Of a stretch of DNA of 64,000 nucleotides, positions 1 through 9,803 are shown in pieces. The position numbers and the translations under genes were made by a program. Where the stretch lies: assembly GCA_044892505.1 (NCBI GenBank), contig CM097883.1:314588001-314652000 (forward strand). The letters are read 5' to 3'. Numbering within the stretch: position 1 is the stretch's first letter; each line of letters begins with the position of its first letter. The notes under the pieces were generated by a model. It was given only the letters and a program-made list of their open reading frames with translations, did not search any database and was not told the origin of the DNA. This DNA comes from Schmidtea nova (lineage: Eukaryota).

Positions 1-1
1 G

Positions 2-112
2 CCAGGGTGAGCAACTAGGTTCGATGACCTCTGCATCTAACATCTTTTGTACCTCTTCTTCTGCTACTGCTTTTTGAGCTTCTGCCAGTTTATATGGTCT
101 TAATGCGATTGG
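2..112 (-). other. N-terminus of Ty3/gypsy reverse transcriptase
   Basis: ...LLMEYKDIFA...HTIPLTDETPIALRPYKLAEAQKAVAEEEVQKMLDAEVIEPSCSPW matches the canonical gypsy RT start (P...PY...L..G.I.PS.SPW). Confidence 0.9.
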
Positions 113-3100
113 CGTTTCGTCCGTCAACGGTATCGTGTGCAATGTTACATCACATGTTCCTAAATCCAAATCTGATGCTGCGAATATATCTTTATATTCC
201 ATCAACAGTTTCTGTAACTGTTCTTTTTGTCGTTCGTCTAACAACACACTGTCGATTTTCCATGGTAATTCGTCTTTGCTTTTCTCGTTCTTGTCTGGTA
301 TTTCGATTTCGGACATGGGTGTCAATTTACCCAATCTCTCATTCTCATATATTATCTTGTCCTCTTCGTCGAAGTTCACCAGATTGATCGGTATTTCTCC
401 TTCTTGGTTTATCGTGACCAATTCTCTTGCCATTGGTAATTCTTTCTTCACTTCGAACTTCTTACTTGGTTCGAATACCATATCTCCTTTTATTGTCGAA
501 TCGATCTTGACGTAGCACATCATTTCGTGTCTCGCTGGCACTACTATTTGTTCCGCACTTGCCACTTTAACTTTCATTCTGCAGATTTTTCCTGTTCTGT
601 CTTTTAGCTTCATTGCTCCTAGATCAATTACGATTTCCTTGAACAGGTCTGGCATCAGGTCAGTTCCAATAATACATGGTACACTCAGCGATGGTATTAC
701 AGCGATGTACGTGTTGATCTCTGCACCTCGATGCTTAATTTTTACAAACCATCTTCCGGCTACTTCTACTGTCTCCTGACTGCACGCGATTACATGTACA
801 TTCGTTTTCTCAATTTCTCCTTGGTTTTTCTCGGGTATATAGTTAATGTCGATTGCCGAAATATTCGCGCCTGTATCGATCATAGCTTCAATTTCTCTGC
901 CATTTATTTCTACGGTTGTTGTTAAGATCGGTCCCATATTTGTGGACATAACCGCTATCGTGTGCGTGTCTTCCAACGAGTTTACGCTTCCGCCTCGTTT
1001 TACTTTGCATCCTTCGGGAATTATCGGGTATATACTTGTCATCGGCATCATCTGCCTCATATTCGGCTTCGCTTTATATATCGGTTCGTTATACATTGAT
1101 TGGGGTGGAGCACTGTATCTCCAATTCTCAACCGCACTCTTTTCGGTATATTGTGGAATCTGGTTTATATTCGCTTGTCCTCCTCGATCGTCATCATCAT
1201 CTTCATCATTGCTTGAATCATCTTGCGTTCGATATCCTCTCACTCTTTCCCATAATCCTTTCCTTTCCTTCTTCAGTTGTCGCCTTGCTTGTTCGTCTTG
1301 TATTATCTTTTTGAATTTCCTTCCAACATCTTCATTTGTTCCTTTCATTTTCGCAAGTATCTTCAACAACCTCTTTATTCGATGTATGTCTTTTGAGTGT
1401 CCGTGTAACACCATCGTTTTCGCAAGGAATGGTAAAAACCCTACTACCATTTTCCAATTCACTTTCTTTTCTCTCTTGTAGATGTCGAAACACGCTAACA
1501 TTTGAGTTATTATCACTCTGACGATTTGTATTATCAGTATAACCCCCAGTATTCCAGCCATCATTTGTCCAAATATCAGGAATCTTCCCCACATTGCCTT
1601 CATCATATTTTCTGTGGCTTTCTTGAAATGTGCCGGTGACAACAACAGTTCGTAATTCGGTCCTTCTCGATAATTCGTTCCTCCCGTTATTGTTACGATA
1701 TTTGACAGTAATGCTTCTCTTCTTGCCGGGAATAATATATTCTGCCTTGCCGCTTCTAAATCTTTTGGACTATAGATTCCGTTGTTTGAGACATCTACGT
1801 CACTGAACTGTCTATCCTTTGACAACTGCATTAGCTCAAATTCTCTTGGTGCTAATACTTCAGTTCTTCCTGGGAACATAACCCATTTGCCATCTGGCTT
1901 CTGATAAAGCGGTCCGTACGCATTACTACAGTTGAATGGATTTGGTTCAAAACTTGGTGGATTGATGATTCTCGTCACCGGTTGAACGTATCGTACTTTT
2001 CCTTTATAATCGATTTCTAATTCATTTGTACATTGTCCAGGTTTCAACTGCGTTGTTGCTGCTAGCGATGCGTGTGTTTTTTCGCAAATGTATACGTACA
2101 TTGCTTCTCCGACCACTCTTCCGAAATGTCCTTCTCTCAGTGGTAATAACGGCATCGCGCTATCTGGATTCGTAATCGCTACGGCCAACTTTGTCTTCAA
2201 TATTTCTCGATTCAGTATACAATCGTTGTTTATCAGATCGTAGTACACTTTTTGTAATGAGGCTTGTCCTCTATGGAATAAGAAATCCATTTTATTATTC
2301 ACATATAAGTGTAGCTTGATATCCATTGTGTCGATCTTGGGTTTCGCATTCGGCACTTCTTGTTTCGACACGTATATTCCTGGATAGTTTGTTTCGTATA
2401 CTGTTGTACTGCACTTAAGGGTTGCTTTCCCTTTTATGAATCTCATTCCCACATCCTGATTTGTGGTTATCAACACTGTTGGTGTGGTTCTCATCTCTAT
2501 CCGTTTCTCTCTATGATCTGGTTTCAATTGTCTTTTGTTCTCTAAAGCCTCCTTGAGATGTTTTGCTCTAGCTTTGTCATCATCGTCTTCTTCTTGGAAG
2601 GTTTTTCCTTGAATTTCGTCGAACTTTGCTCCTTGTAGCAGTTGTAATTGACATTCGTTCACTTTTGGTTTATACACCAAAGTTGACATTCCCGTTTGAC
2701 ACATGCTTCTGTCAATTTTGCACATGGATAACGTTTTCATTTCTCCTGTTGTTGGTTCGAAGAATGCTTCGTAGCTTTTCAGTTCGACTATATACGTATC
2801 CATTACCACTAAGTTGGTTGCGGGTACTCCGAATATCGGATAGGTTTCTCCTTGACAATACCCTTCTCCTCCCGTAATTCGTCCTGCTACATAATACGTC
2901 TGCTGTAACATCATTCCTGGTTTTCCTTTTATCTTGATTTTATCTCTCGTTGTTACTTCTCCATGTTTAAATAATGCTTCGCAGTCTTCCCCTTGCAACA
3001 CGATTGGTTCTCTTTCGGTTCCTGGCATGACAATTGCTGAATAATGTCCTCTCCCACAATAGAATGCGAATCTCGTCTTCTGTACCTTGCATTCATTCAC

Positions 3101-4351
3101 CATTGTCTTTATTAGTTCTGCCTCTTGATACACGTGGTACCATTGTTCCTTTTTGATCTCTTTCAATTCTACTGGAGTTGCATCTTTGCATTGCTCCGTA
3201 CCTCTCAATGAGTACTTTTCTCCCAATTTCATTTGATCACAATCAAATACTTCAAATGTTGTTACACCTTCCGTGCTTAACAACCATACTAACATCATCA
3301 TGATTATCGAGTTTAAATTCAACGTCGATCTTCCGTTTCCTTGCATCGTTTGTCTATTCTCCATTTCTCTCAATACTCCTTCAAGTTTCTTTCTCATCAC
3401 GTTTGAACCCTCTTTTGTCTGGTTCTCTTTTATGAACTTTTCCCATCCTCCTTTCCTGAGGATATATGGTTCAATTTCTTTCTCGATAATCATCGCCGTA
3501 TTTTTAATATGTCTTCCCATCGGACTTGACTTCGGACTTCCTCGGCTTAGCGTTAACAAATTGTATATCGTATACGAGATTGCTACCATATATTTGCTGT
3601 CCGTTTCTGCTCCGTTAAGTAGCCTTTTTATTAACATCGTGGTTCCTTGCCAATCTAGATGATTCGATTTTGTTTTAGCTTTTATCAATTCTGGCATAAT
3701 CGGTGCTATTGCATTGTGTAGCATCCTTGCCTTTGTCCTAGGTTCGTTTATCCGCCACAAATTCTTTAATTCTGGGTCAATTATCGCTAACACATCCATT
3801 ATCGTTTTGGTGAGCCATTCCTCTCCTTGGCAGACTTGATTCTCCTCTTTGCCTCTGATTTCTGCGATTTTATCTAATTTCTTCAAGCAAATCTCCCATT
3901 GCTCTTGTCTCCTTTCTTCCCTTGATTTTGGGATTGTTGTTGCTGGATCTGTCTTTGGTCTTCCTCTTGGTCGTTTTTCCATTCCAGTTCCGGTTTCTAC
4001 AAATCTCGATGCTCTTCCGGTTTCTTCTGTAACGTCTCTTCCTTCGTTCGCTCGTTGTTCTAACCATCTTTCCATTTCTTGAGTAAACTGTGGTTGTTCT
4101 TGTTCGTCCTCCGAATCGTTTACCATTTCTATGACTACCTCCTGTTCCACTCCTTGATCGTCGATTTCTGCTGGTGACGTTATTGGCATCTCTATTATTC
4201 TGTCAAAAATATTCGCCGTTGGTTTTTGAGTTAACTTCGTTAGTTCTTCTATCGCCTCATCACTATCTGTTAGTATCTCATCGACGTCATACGCTTCTGG
4301 CGGTGTTCTCTCTCTCGTTTTTATTGGTGTTGTCCTTGCTTGTTCCTGGGG
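2..4351 (-). CDS. pol: Polyprotein part 2: acidic linker, Bcl-2-like domain, gB-like Env, protease, spacer, RT start (open to window edge)
   Basis: Manual translation gives a stop-free frame from 4351 (after TGA 4352-4354) to position 2; first ATG at 4189. It is absent from the ORF track because there is no stop in the window. Confidence 0.9.
653..934 (-). other. Retropepsin-type aspartic protease domain
   Basis: VEINGREIEAMIDTGANISAI (DTG at 869-877) ... CIIGTDLM. Confidence 0.93.
1409..3307 (-). other. env: Class III fusion glycoprotein (chuvirus-like / herpes gB-like Env) domain
   Basis: Hydrophobic signal, then FEVFDC, YCGRGHYSAIV, YVNNKMDFL, YYDLINNDCILNREIL, GEAMYVYIC, CTNELEI, PVTRII, NGIYSPKDLEAARQNILFP, and TM WGRFLIFGQMMAGILGVILIIQIVRVII. 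These blocks match recalled chuvirus-type G motifs in the same order. Confidence 0.85.
3422..3820 (-). other. Bcl-2-like helical domain
   Basis: BH2-like EPYILRKGGWEKF (GGW 3443-3451) and a degenerate BH1-like PELI...LDWQGTTMLI about 65 aa upstream, followed by a hydrophobic anchor. Confidence 0.55.
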
Positions 4352-4442
4352 TCATTGTTGACTTCATCGGACTTGGTGTACTCATGCTTCCTTTCGCTTT
4401 CTTTTCCTCTTTAAACTTCAGTGGTTGACCCACTATTTGTGC

Positions 4443-4643
4443 CACTGTTAGCGTATTCATTAGATCCAATTGCACTGGTGTCAGTCAGATTTCAAAATTG
4501 TTATCCAACGATCGTCCTTGATGTTGCAGGTGGAATGGTAGTTCGTACATCAGTTTCTCTTTAACACTTTTCACTTTCTCTGTTAGCATCACCCAAAACT
4601 CTTCTTTTCTTTGATTCGGATACATTATCCTCAAATGTATTTT
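4443..4643 (-). other. Ubiquitin-like domain 2 (spans the TGA at 4485-4487)
   Basis: KIHLRIMYPNQRKEEFWVMLTEKVKSVKEKL...FHLQHQGRSLDNNFEI*LTPVQLDLMNTLTV follows the beta-grasp pattern. Confidence 0.5.
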
Positions 4644-7600
4644 CTGTGGCGTTTCTTCCGCAGACTCTTTGTTTCTCCACTTTTTTATTACATCGTCTAG
4701 TTGCTCCGGACACCACTCATTTACTCTCTTGTATTCTGCTATCGCTTTAGCTACTTTTCTCAAGTTCGTTATGTCTTCCCCATTTGTGATTATGAATTGT
4801 GCTAAGCCTTTTATTGTTTGTCTTTTTCCCCGAGTATTTCCTCTCAATAGCTCGATCAATTCACTCGTTTTCTGTTTCTCCAATTCTGCCCATATTGCTG
4901 CAGTTTCTGGTCCGTCTAAGTCCGTTGGTAATAACCTCCTTGTTACCATACATATCCGTTTCGTATTCCGTTCATATCTGTCTTCTCCTTCCGGATCTTC
5001 TTCATACACGCCTCTTTTCACTTTCCAACATTTCTCTTTGTTATCCCATTGTTTCTCTACTGGCGTCAATCGTCGTCTGTTAAGATCCAATTCTCCCAAT
5101 ATTGTCTCCCATTCTGGCTTCATCTGCCAGTTCCGATAAATTTCTACTATCTGCCTCAGCTTACGCATAACGTCCTCTCGTCGTTTCTTTTTCCTTTCCT
5201 CATCTCTTGGTGTTGCTCTTTGCACATCATCCATTCTGATGACGTGTATTGTCTGATAATTATCCCATATGCCGATTTTATACGCTCGTCTTTCATCGCG
5301 TTCATTCAGTAGATGTTCTTTGTATTTTATCGCTATGTCATCCTCAAATTCGTCTTCCCGTTCTCGTTGTAGTATCGTCTCATTGATGACCTCTACTATT
5401 TCCCCCACTTTACTATCTGGTATTACCTCAATTTGTTTTGTCTCTTCGTTTGGTAATCTCACGGTAATCTTCAGATCTGATACTTCTCCTCTTTTAAACA
5501 TTTCTTTTCCCATCTTTGCGATTAGCTTGTCCGTTTTGAAATTTGAATGTCTCGTTTGACTTGTATCTCGTATGTTCTCGATACATTGCTTCAAATTCTC
5601 ATACTCGCTTTTCGTCAGTTCCTTTCGATGTTTCTTGATTTGTTGGATGATCTGTTCTATCATCGTATTCAAATTCTCCGCCAAGATTCTTTCTTTTGCC
5701 TCTACCAACTGAGGTTTTATTCTCATCTCATAACACGTATTCGCTTCTTTGACGATTCCTTGTAAGTTCTCTTCCTTTTTGGTGTTGCATATAGATAGCG
5801 TTGTTATTTCTCCTGGCCAGATGCCTGTGTCTATCATATGCGTTCCTTTTCTCACCAATCCGTTTTCCGAATATATGAATTTGTCTTTGTACGAGCTTCC
5901 CAATCTGTCCTCAACCCATCGGTAAATTCCGTCTGTCATTGGGTTCCTTATCCAGATTCTCGGTGAACACTCGTTTATCCATATCTGTATTATGTATTCG
6001 TTCAGTGGTTCTTTCAATAGCCTCTCTATGAATTCTTGTATTACCCTCACTTCTCTTTCTTGTAACCACTCTTTATACTTCATCTGCCATACTGCTCGTA
6101 TAAACTTTCGATATCGTTTCGTGTCGATAAACTCCTCGTTATGGATCACTTCCAACGCGTTATCCATCAGCTTCTGAATTTCGTCTTCCGTTACTGACAA
6201 TGTTTCTATTGTCTCGACTACTTCCATCTTTTTATCCTCGTTTTCCGGTTCCTTTAGCATGTCTCCTGCCAGACTGCTAACTTCGCTGTCGTCTTCTTCA
6301 TCTGACAACTCTTGTCTTGGGTGTCTCAGCATCCCAATATGCGCGGTTGGTCTCGCTTCTTTTTTGCTAACTTCCTGTGTTAGTTCATTCTCGTTTCCCG
6401 TTATTTCAGCTTTTCCCATTCTTTTTCCTAATTCATCTATTTCTTCCAACCGTCTTCGTCTTATTTTCCCTTTAAATATTCGACTGATCCGGGTTTGATG
6501 TTTCACTGGTGGTGGGATTTTCTCCGGTTCCACCTCTCTGATGATCATCACGTTTATTTTTGTCTCCGTTACTCCCATGTCTTCCCATGTGTCAGTCATC
6601 TTCAATTTTACTTCTGGCAAATCCTCTGTTTGTAGGAATGCTTCTCTGGGCAGTTTCGTTACTCCCGGAATCATCTCATTTACTTTATTGAACAATCTTC
6701 CCACTTCTTCTTTTACATCGTATTTGAATCGCCACACGTGATCATTCGGCATGATCACCAACATTCCTCTTTGTTTGATTCTTACTTCCTCTTCTTGATT
6801 CGTTTCTTTTTCTGTTTCTTTTTCTGTTTTTGTTTCTTTTCTCACTTCTTCATCTTTTTTATTCTGTTCTGCAGTTTCTACTTCCTGATTCGCTTCTTCT
6901 TGTTTCTGCTCTTCGTTTCTTTTCTCTTTAACTTCGAGTTCATTTGACTCATCTTGCTGCTTCTCTTCCATCATTGCTCGCATCATGTTGATCCTTGGAT
7001 TTCCCTTTTTTAACTGTTGTAATCGTTGTTGCCTGACTTGTTCTTCTTCTCGTCGTACTCTAGCCCATTCTTGATTATGTTTCTGTTGGCTTTCTCTATT
7101 CTCTCTTTCGGCCTCAGCTTCTATTAACTGGATCATGTTTATCTTTGGTTGAGCAGCTTGCTGGCTTCCCTTTGCCATGCTTTCGATTATCTCGTGTAAT
7201 CTGGATACCTCCTGTCTCAACTTAGCTTCTTTCATACTAGCTTCGTTTGCACTGCTGTTTGGGTTGTTCCGTTGTTGACCTTGATTCCCATAGCTTGGTC
7301 GATTCCCGTAATTCGGTCTATTTCCACTGTTTGCCCAACTTCTCTGTTGATTACAGTCTTTTGACATGTGTCCGGTTTTTCCACATGTGTAACACGTTTT
7401 CCCATAACATCGATTCTCTGAGTGACCTTTTTGTCCACACAGTTTGCAGGCTACATTCTGAAAACAATCTTGTTGCCAATGTCCGTTTTTTCCACACGTC
7501 TGACATTGCCTATTCTGCCTGTCATTGTAACTGTTTCCTCCATTCGTGTTTACTGTGATATATCCATTATTTTTCCTCGCTGGCGGTTCTTTGAACAATC

Positions 7601-8222
7601 TCTGCGAATGGGGGATACTTTGATTCATGTTTCTTTTTCCTTGTTCTTCATCTTCTGTCGTTTTTCCCATTACCGCCGTAATTCTCATGTCATTCATTGC
7701 CATATGCAATTCGAATAGGTTGGCTGCTTCCAACGCTTCATCTACTGTTTTACATCCTTTGCATCCCACTTGTGCTCTGATGTCAGGTCTCCTGAGACCT
7801 CGTACGAATAACGCTGTCATCAATTCTTCGTCTACTGGGCTTCCTCTATTGAATGCCAGTTTCGCCAACTTTCTTAATTCGCTTGCGTACACCGCATTTG
7901 ACTCGTTTCTCCTTTGTTTTCTTGCTGAGAACTCATCGAACGCTTCGTTCAACACTTTATTTATCCCAAACGTCTGTTGGAAGAACTCCTTGATTGCTTC
8001 CCACGTTCTGGGTGGATTACTTCCCGATCTCTTCTCAATATACAGATCCAATGCGCTATCTTTCAAGTATAGCGGGATTCGATTCGCTAACGTTTCTGCA
8101 CTCCATCCGCATATATCCACGAATATGCCAAATTCTTTCAGGAACGTGTCCAATCTACTGGCGTCTCCATTAAATGGTTCGCCCTTGAATTTTTCTCTTA
8201 GATCCTCTCTGTGATCACTCAT
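4485..8222 (-). CDS. gag: Polyprotein part 1: Gag capsid, 3 CCHC zinc knuckles, coiled coil and accessory domains
   Basis: 1245 aa ORF with retrotransposon gag motifs (FNGD...FLKEF, W...K..F...F, FVRGL) and three CX2CX4HX4C at 7353-7505. The frame stays open upstream to 8705 except for one TGA at 8586-8588. Confidence 0.95.
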   Translation of the reverse strand: MSDHREDLREKFKGEPFNGDASRLDTFLKEFGIFVDICGWSAETLANRIPLYLKDSALDLYIEKRSGSNPPRTWEAIKEFFQQTFGINKVLNEAFDEFSARKQRRNESNAVYASELRKLAKLAFNRGSPVDEELMTALFVRGLRRPDIRAQVGCKGCKTVDEALEAANLFELHMAMNDMRITAVMGKTTEDEEQGKRNMNQSIPHSQRLFKEPPARKNNGYITVNTNGGNSYNDRQNRQCQTCGKNGHWQQDCFQNVACKLCGQKGHSENRCYGKTCYTCGKTGHMSKDCNQQRSWANSGNRPNYGNRPSYGNQGQQRNNPNSSANEASMKEAKLRQEVSRLHEIIESMAKGSQQAAQPKINMIQLIEAEAERENRESQQKHNQEWARVRREEEQVRQQRLQQLKKGNPRINMMRAMMEEKQQDESNELEVKEKRNEEQKQEEANQEVETAEQNKKDEEVRKETKTEKETEKETNQEEEVRIKQRGMLVIMPNDHVWRFKYDVKEEVGRLFNKVNEMIPGVTKLPREAFLQTEDLPEVKLKMTDTWEDMGVTETKINVMIIREVEPEKIPPPVKHQTRISRIFKGKIRRRRLEEIDELGKRMGKAEITGNENELTQEVSKKEARPTAHIGMLRHPRQELSDEEDDSEVSSLAGDMLKEPENEDKKMEVVETIETLSVTEDEIQKLMDNALEVIHNEEFIDTKRYRKFIRAVWQMKYKEWLQEREVRVIQEFIERLLKEPLNEYIIQIWINECSPRIWIRNPMTDGIYRWVEDRLGSSYKDKFIYSENGLVRKGTHMIDTGIWPGEITTLSICNTKKEENLQGIVKEANTCYEMRIKPQLVEAKERILAENLNTMIEQIIQQIKKHRKELTKSEYENLKQCIENIRDTSQTRHSNFKTDKLIAKMGKEMFKRGEVSDLKITVRLPNEETKQIEVIPDSKVGEIVEVINETILQREREDEFEDDIAIKYKEHLLNERDERRAYKIGIWDNYQTIHVIRMDDVQRATPRDEERKKKRREDVMRKLRQIVEIYRNWQMKPEWETILGELDLNRRRLTPVEKQWDNKEKCWKVKRGVYEEDPEGEDRYERNTKRICMVTRRLLPTDLDGPETAAIWAELEKQKTSELIELLRGNTRGKRQTIKGLAQFIITNGEDITNLRKVAKAIAEYKRVNEWCPEQLDDVIKKWRNKESAEETPQKIHLRIMYPNQRKEEFWVMLTEKVKSVKEKLMYELPFHLQHQGRSLDNNFEI
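5232..5471 (-). other. Ubiquitin-like domain 1
   Basis: KITVRLPNEETKQIEVIPDSKVGEIVEVI...IAIKYKEHLLNERDERRAYKIGIWDNYQTIHV follows the ubiquitin-fold pattern. Confidence 0.55.
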
Positions 8223-8705
8223 CCCGATTCCACTATCTTGGAATACTGTACTAGTTTTCTTTACTTCTAGTTCACCACTTGTTTCTGGATTCGACTCTTC
8301 TTCTTCACTACTCTCTGTTTCGTTATCTCTTGATTCGCTTCTTGTTCTGTTTTCCCTGACTAGTTCACTGTCTATCGTCTCTACTTCGTTTTGTACTTCT
8401 AGATCTTCTGGGGTTTCTTCTTGATTCTCTTTATTACTCGAATTATCGCTGATCTCTACTTGTTTGTTCTTTTGTTGCTTAGGCTTGTTACCTGTTCTTG
8501 TCCTTTTCGCTGCTTTTCTTTCTGCTTCCGTTAAGATTGGTATTATACCTGATCTTGTTTCTCGTCCCTCAATTTTGTCTATTCCTCAACTGCTTATATT
8601 CTCAACTGCTTTTCTACTCCGCTTTTGCTTTGCTTCTTCTTTGATTTGTTTCTTTTGATTGCTCTGACTGCTAGATTGCTTTGAATTGCTTGATTGATTT
8701 GTTTC

Positions 8706-8766
8706 CTTAAAACAAATAATCACTTACACGATACGTCCCCGTTATCGTGTTTCTCGTCCCTCTCAC
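8706..8766 (-). other. Predicted 61 nt spliceosomal intron after a 4-codon gag first exon (ATG at 8778)
   Basis: ATG ACT ACA CCC|GTGAGA...TTATTTGTTTTAAG|GAA ACA joins in phase 0 to the gag frame. Confidence 0.6.
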
Positions 8767-9097
8767 GGGTGTAGTCATAATTCATGAAGATCCCCATTTT
8801 TCCCATTTCCCTTGATTTTAAGTCTATTTAAATTATCTATGCAGTCGCATCAATTATCTATTCTTTATCAAATACACCAATTACTTTTCCCCAGTTTCCC
8901 AATTACTTTGTCGCTCAGCGCTCTTATTATCCCCTTTACTTTTCTCAGGCTTCTCTGGCTCTGAGTTCAAATCCCCCTTATCTGTCTACTACTCTATTTC
9001 CCAACTATTCGCTTTATCTCCTATTCGCACTACGTTTACTACTTCATTTCAATTCTCATCTCTACTCACCTTTACTTCAACTGACATCTCTCGTTGG

Positions 9098-9476
9098 CCT
9101 GCTGGGTTTTCCAGTCAGCGCTTTTAATCTCACCTTTTATCTCGAACTCTGTTTCTCTCAACTTCACTCATTATCCCATTAGCCTGCTGGGTTTTCCAGT
9201 CAGCGCTTTTAATCTCACCTTTTACTTCTGCTTCATTATTCTCGACCTCAATTGTCGTTTCATTAGCCTGCTGGGTTTTCCAGTCAGCGCTCTTATTATC
9301 CACCCTTTATCTCTTCACTGTCGACTTTTACCTGTTCTTTGCTCCGATGATCATCACTTTTGACCTGCTGGGTCTTCCAGTCAGCGTCCTCAATTTCACT
9401 ACTTTATTATTACTCACTTTTATTCTCTCGATCTTTCCTGATCGTTATCATTGACCTGCTGGGTTTTCCAGTCAGC
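9098..9476. repeat. Five 22 bp hairpin-forming repeats (CCTGCTGGGTTTTCCAGTCAGC) with 62-75 bp spacers
   Basis: Copies start at 9098, 9183, 9267, 9364 and 9455. Confidence 0.9.
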
Positions 9477-9803
9477 ACCCTTCACTTACTCACTTTACTT
9501 TGCTACTCCTCCTTGTATGCATACTTTAACATCATTAGGCCACATAATCAGCTTTACTCGCATTTATCAATACCCCGGTGCGCACCTTCAACTCTCTCAT
9601 TATTAATTCGGTTTCTTTCAACCCTTATTCCTCATTATTCGCTATTCATTTTCACTATTCATCATTTATCCTCATTATCATTTATTCATCTCCATTATCG
9701 CTTGTTGATCTTCACTATCCGGATAGTTTTATACGTAATTTTGTCCTCATCTGCCTCACTTCGTCGTCTTTCTCGTGGGCTTTTACTCAATATTTTATTT
9801 CGA

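Noticed and set aside
4485-4487. TGA read as Trp (alternative genetic code), since several TGA stops fall at Trp-like positions (also ~23601, ~34885)
   Set aside because: TGG is used throughout, TAG also replaces a conserved Trp (~45917), and TGA appears as a normal stop. Ordinary G-to-A decay explains it.
94-8658. Many plus-strand ORFs rich in S/F/L
   Set aside because: They are antisense shadows of the purine-rich minus-strand polyprotein. The same applies to plus-strand ORFs over 54-58 kb and to 38917-39354, 24488-24781 and 48550-48825.
8706-8727. 22 nt micro-intron (GTAAGT...AAG) before gag
   Set aside because: Much shorter than the other introns seen here (48-61 nt) and supplies no ATG; the 61 nt alternative does.
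9098-9476. CRISPR-like array (22 bp palindromic repeats with spacers)
   Set aside because: Spacers are 62-75 bp and related to one another, there are no cas genes, the context is a eukaryotic retroelement leader, and one copy of the same hairpin occurs in element 2.
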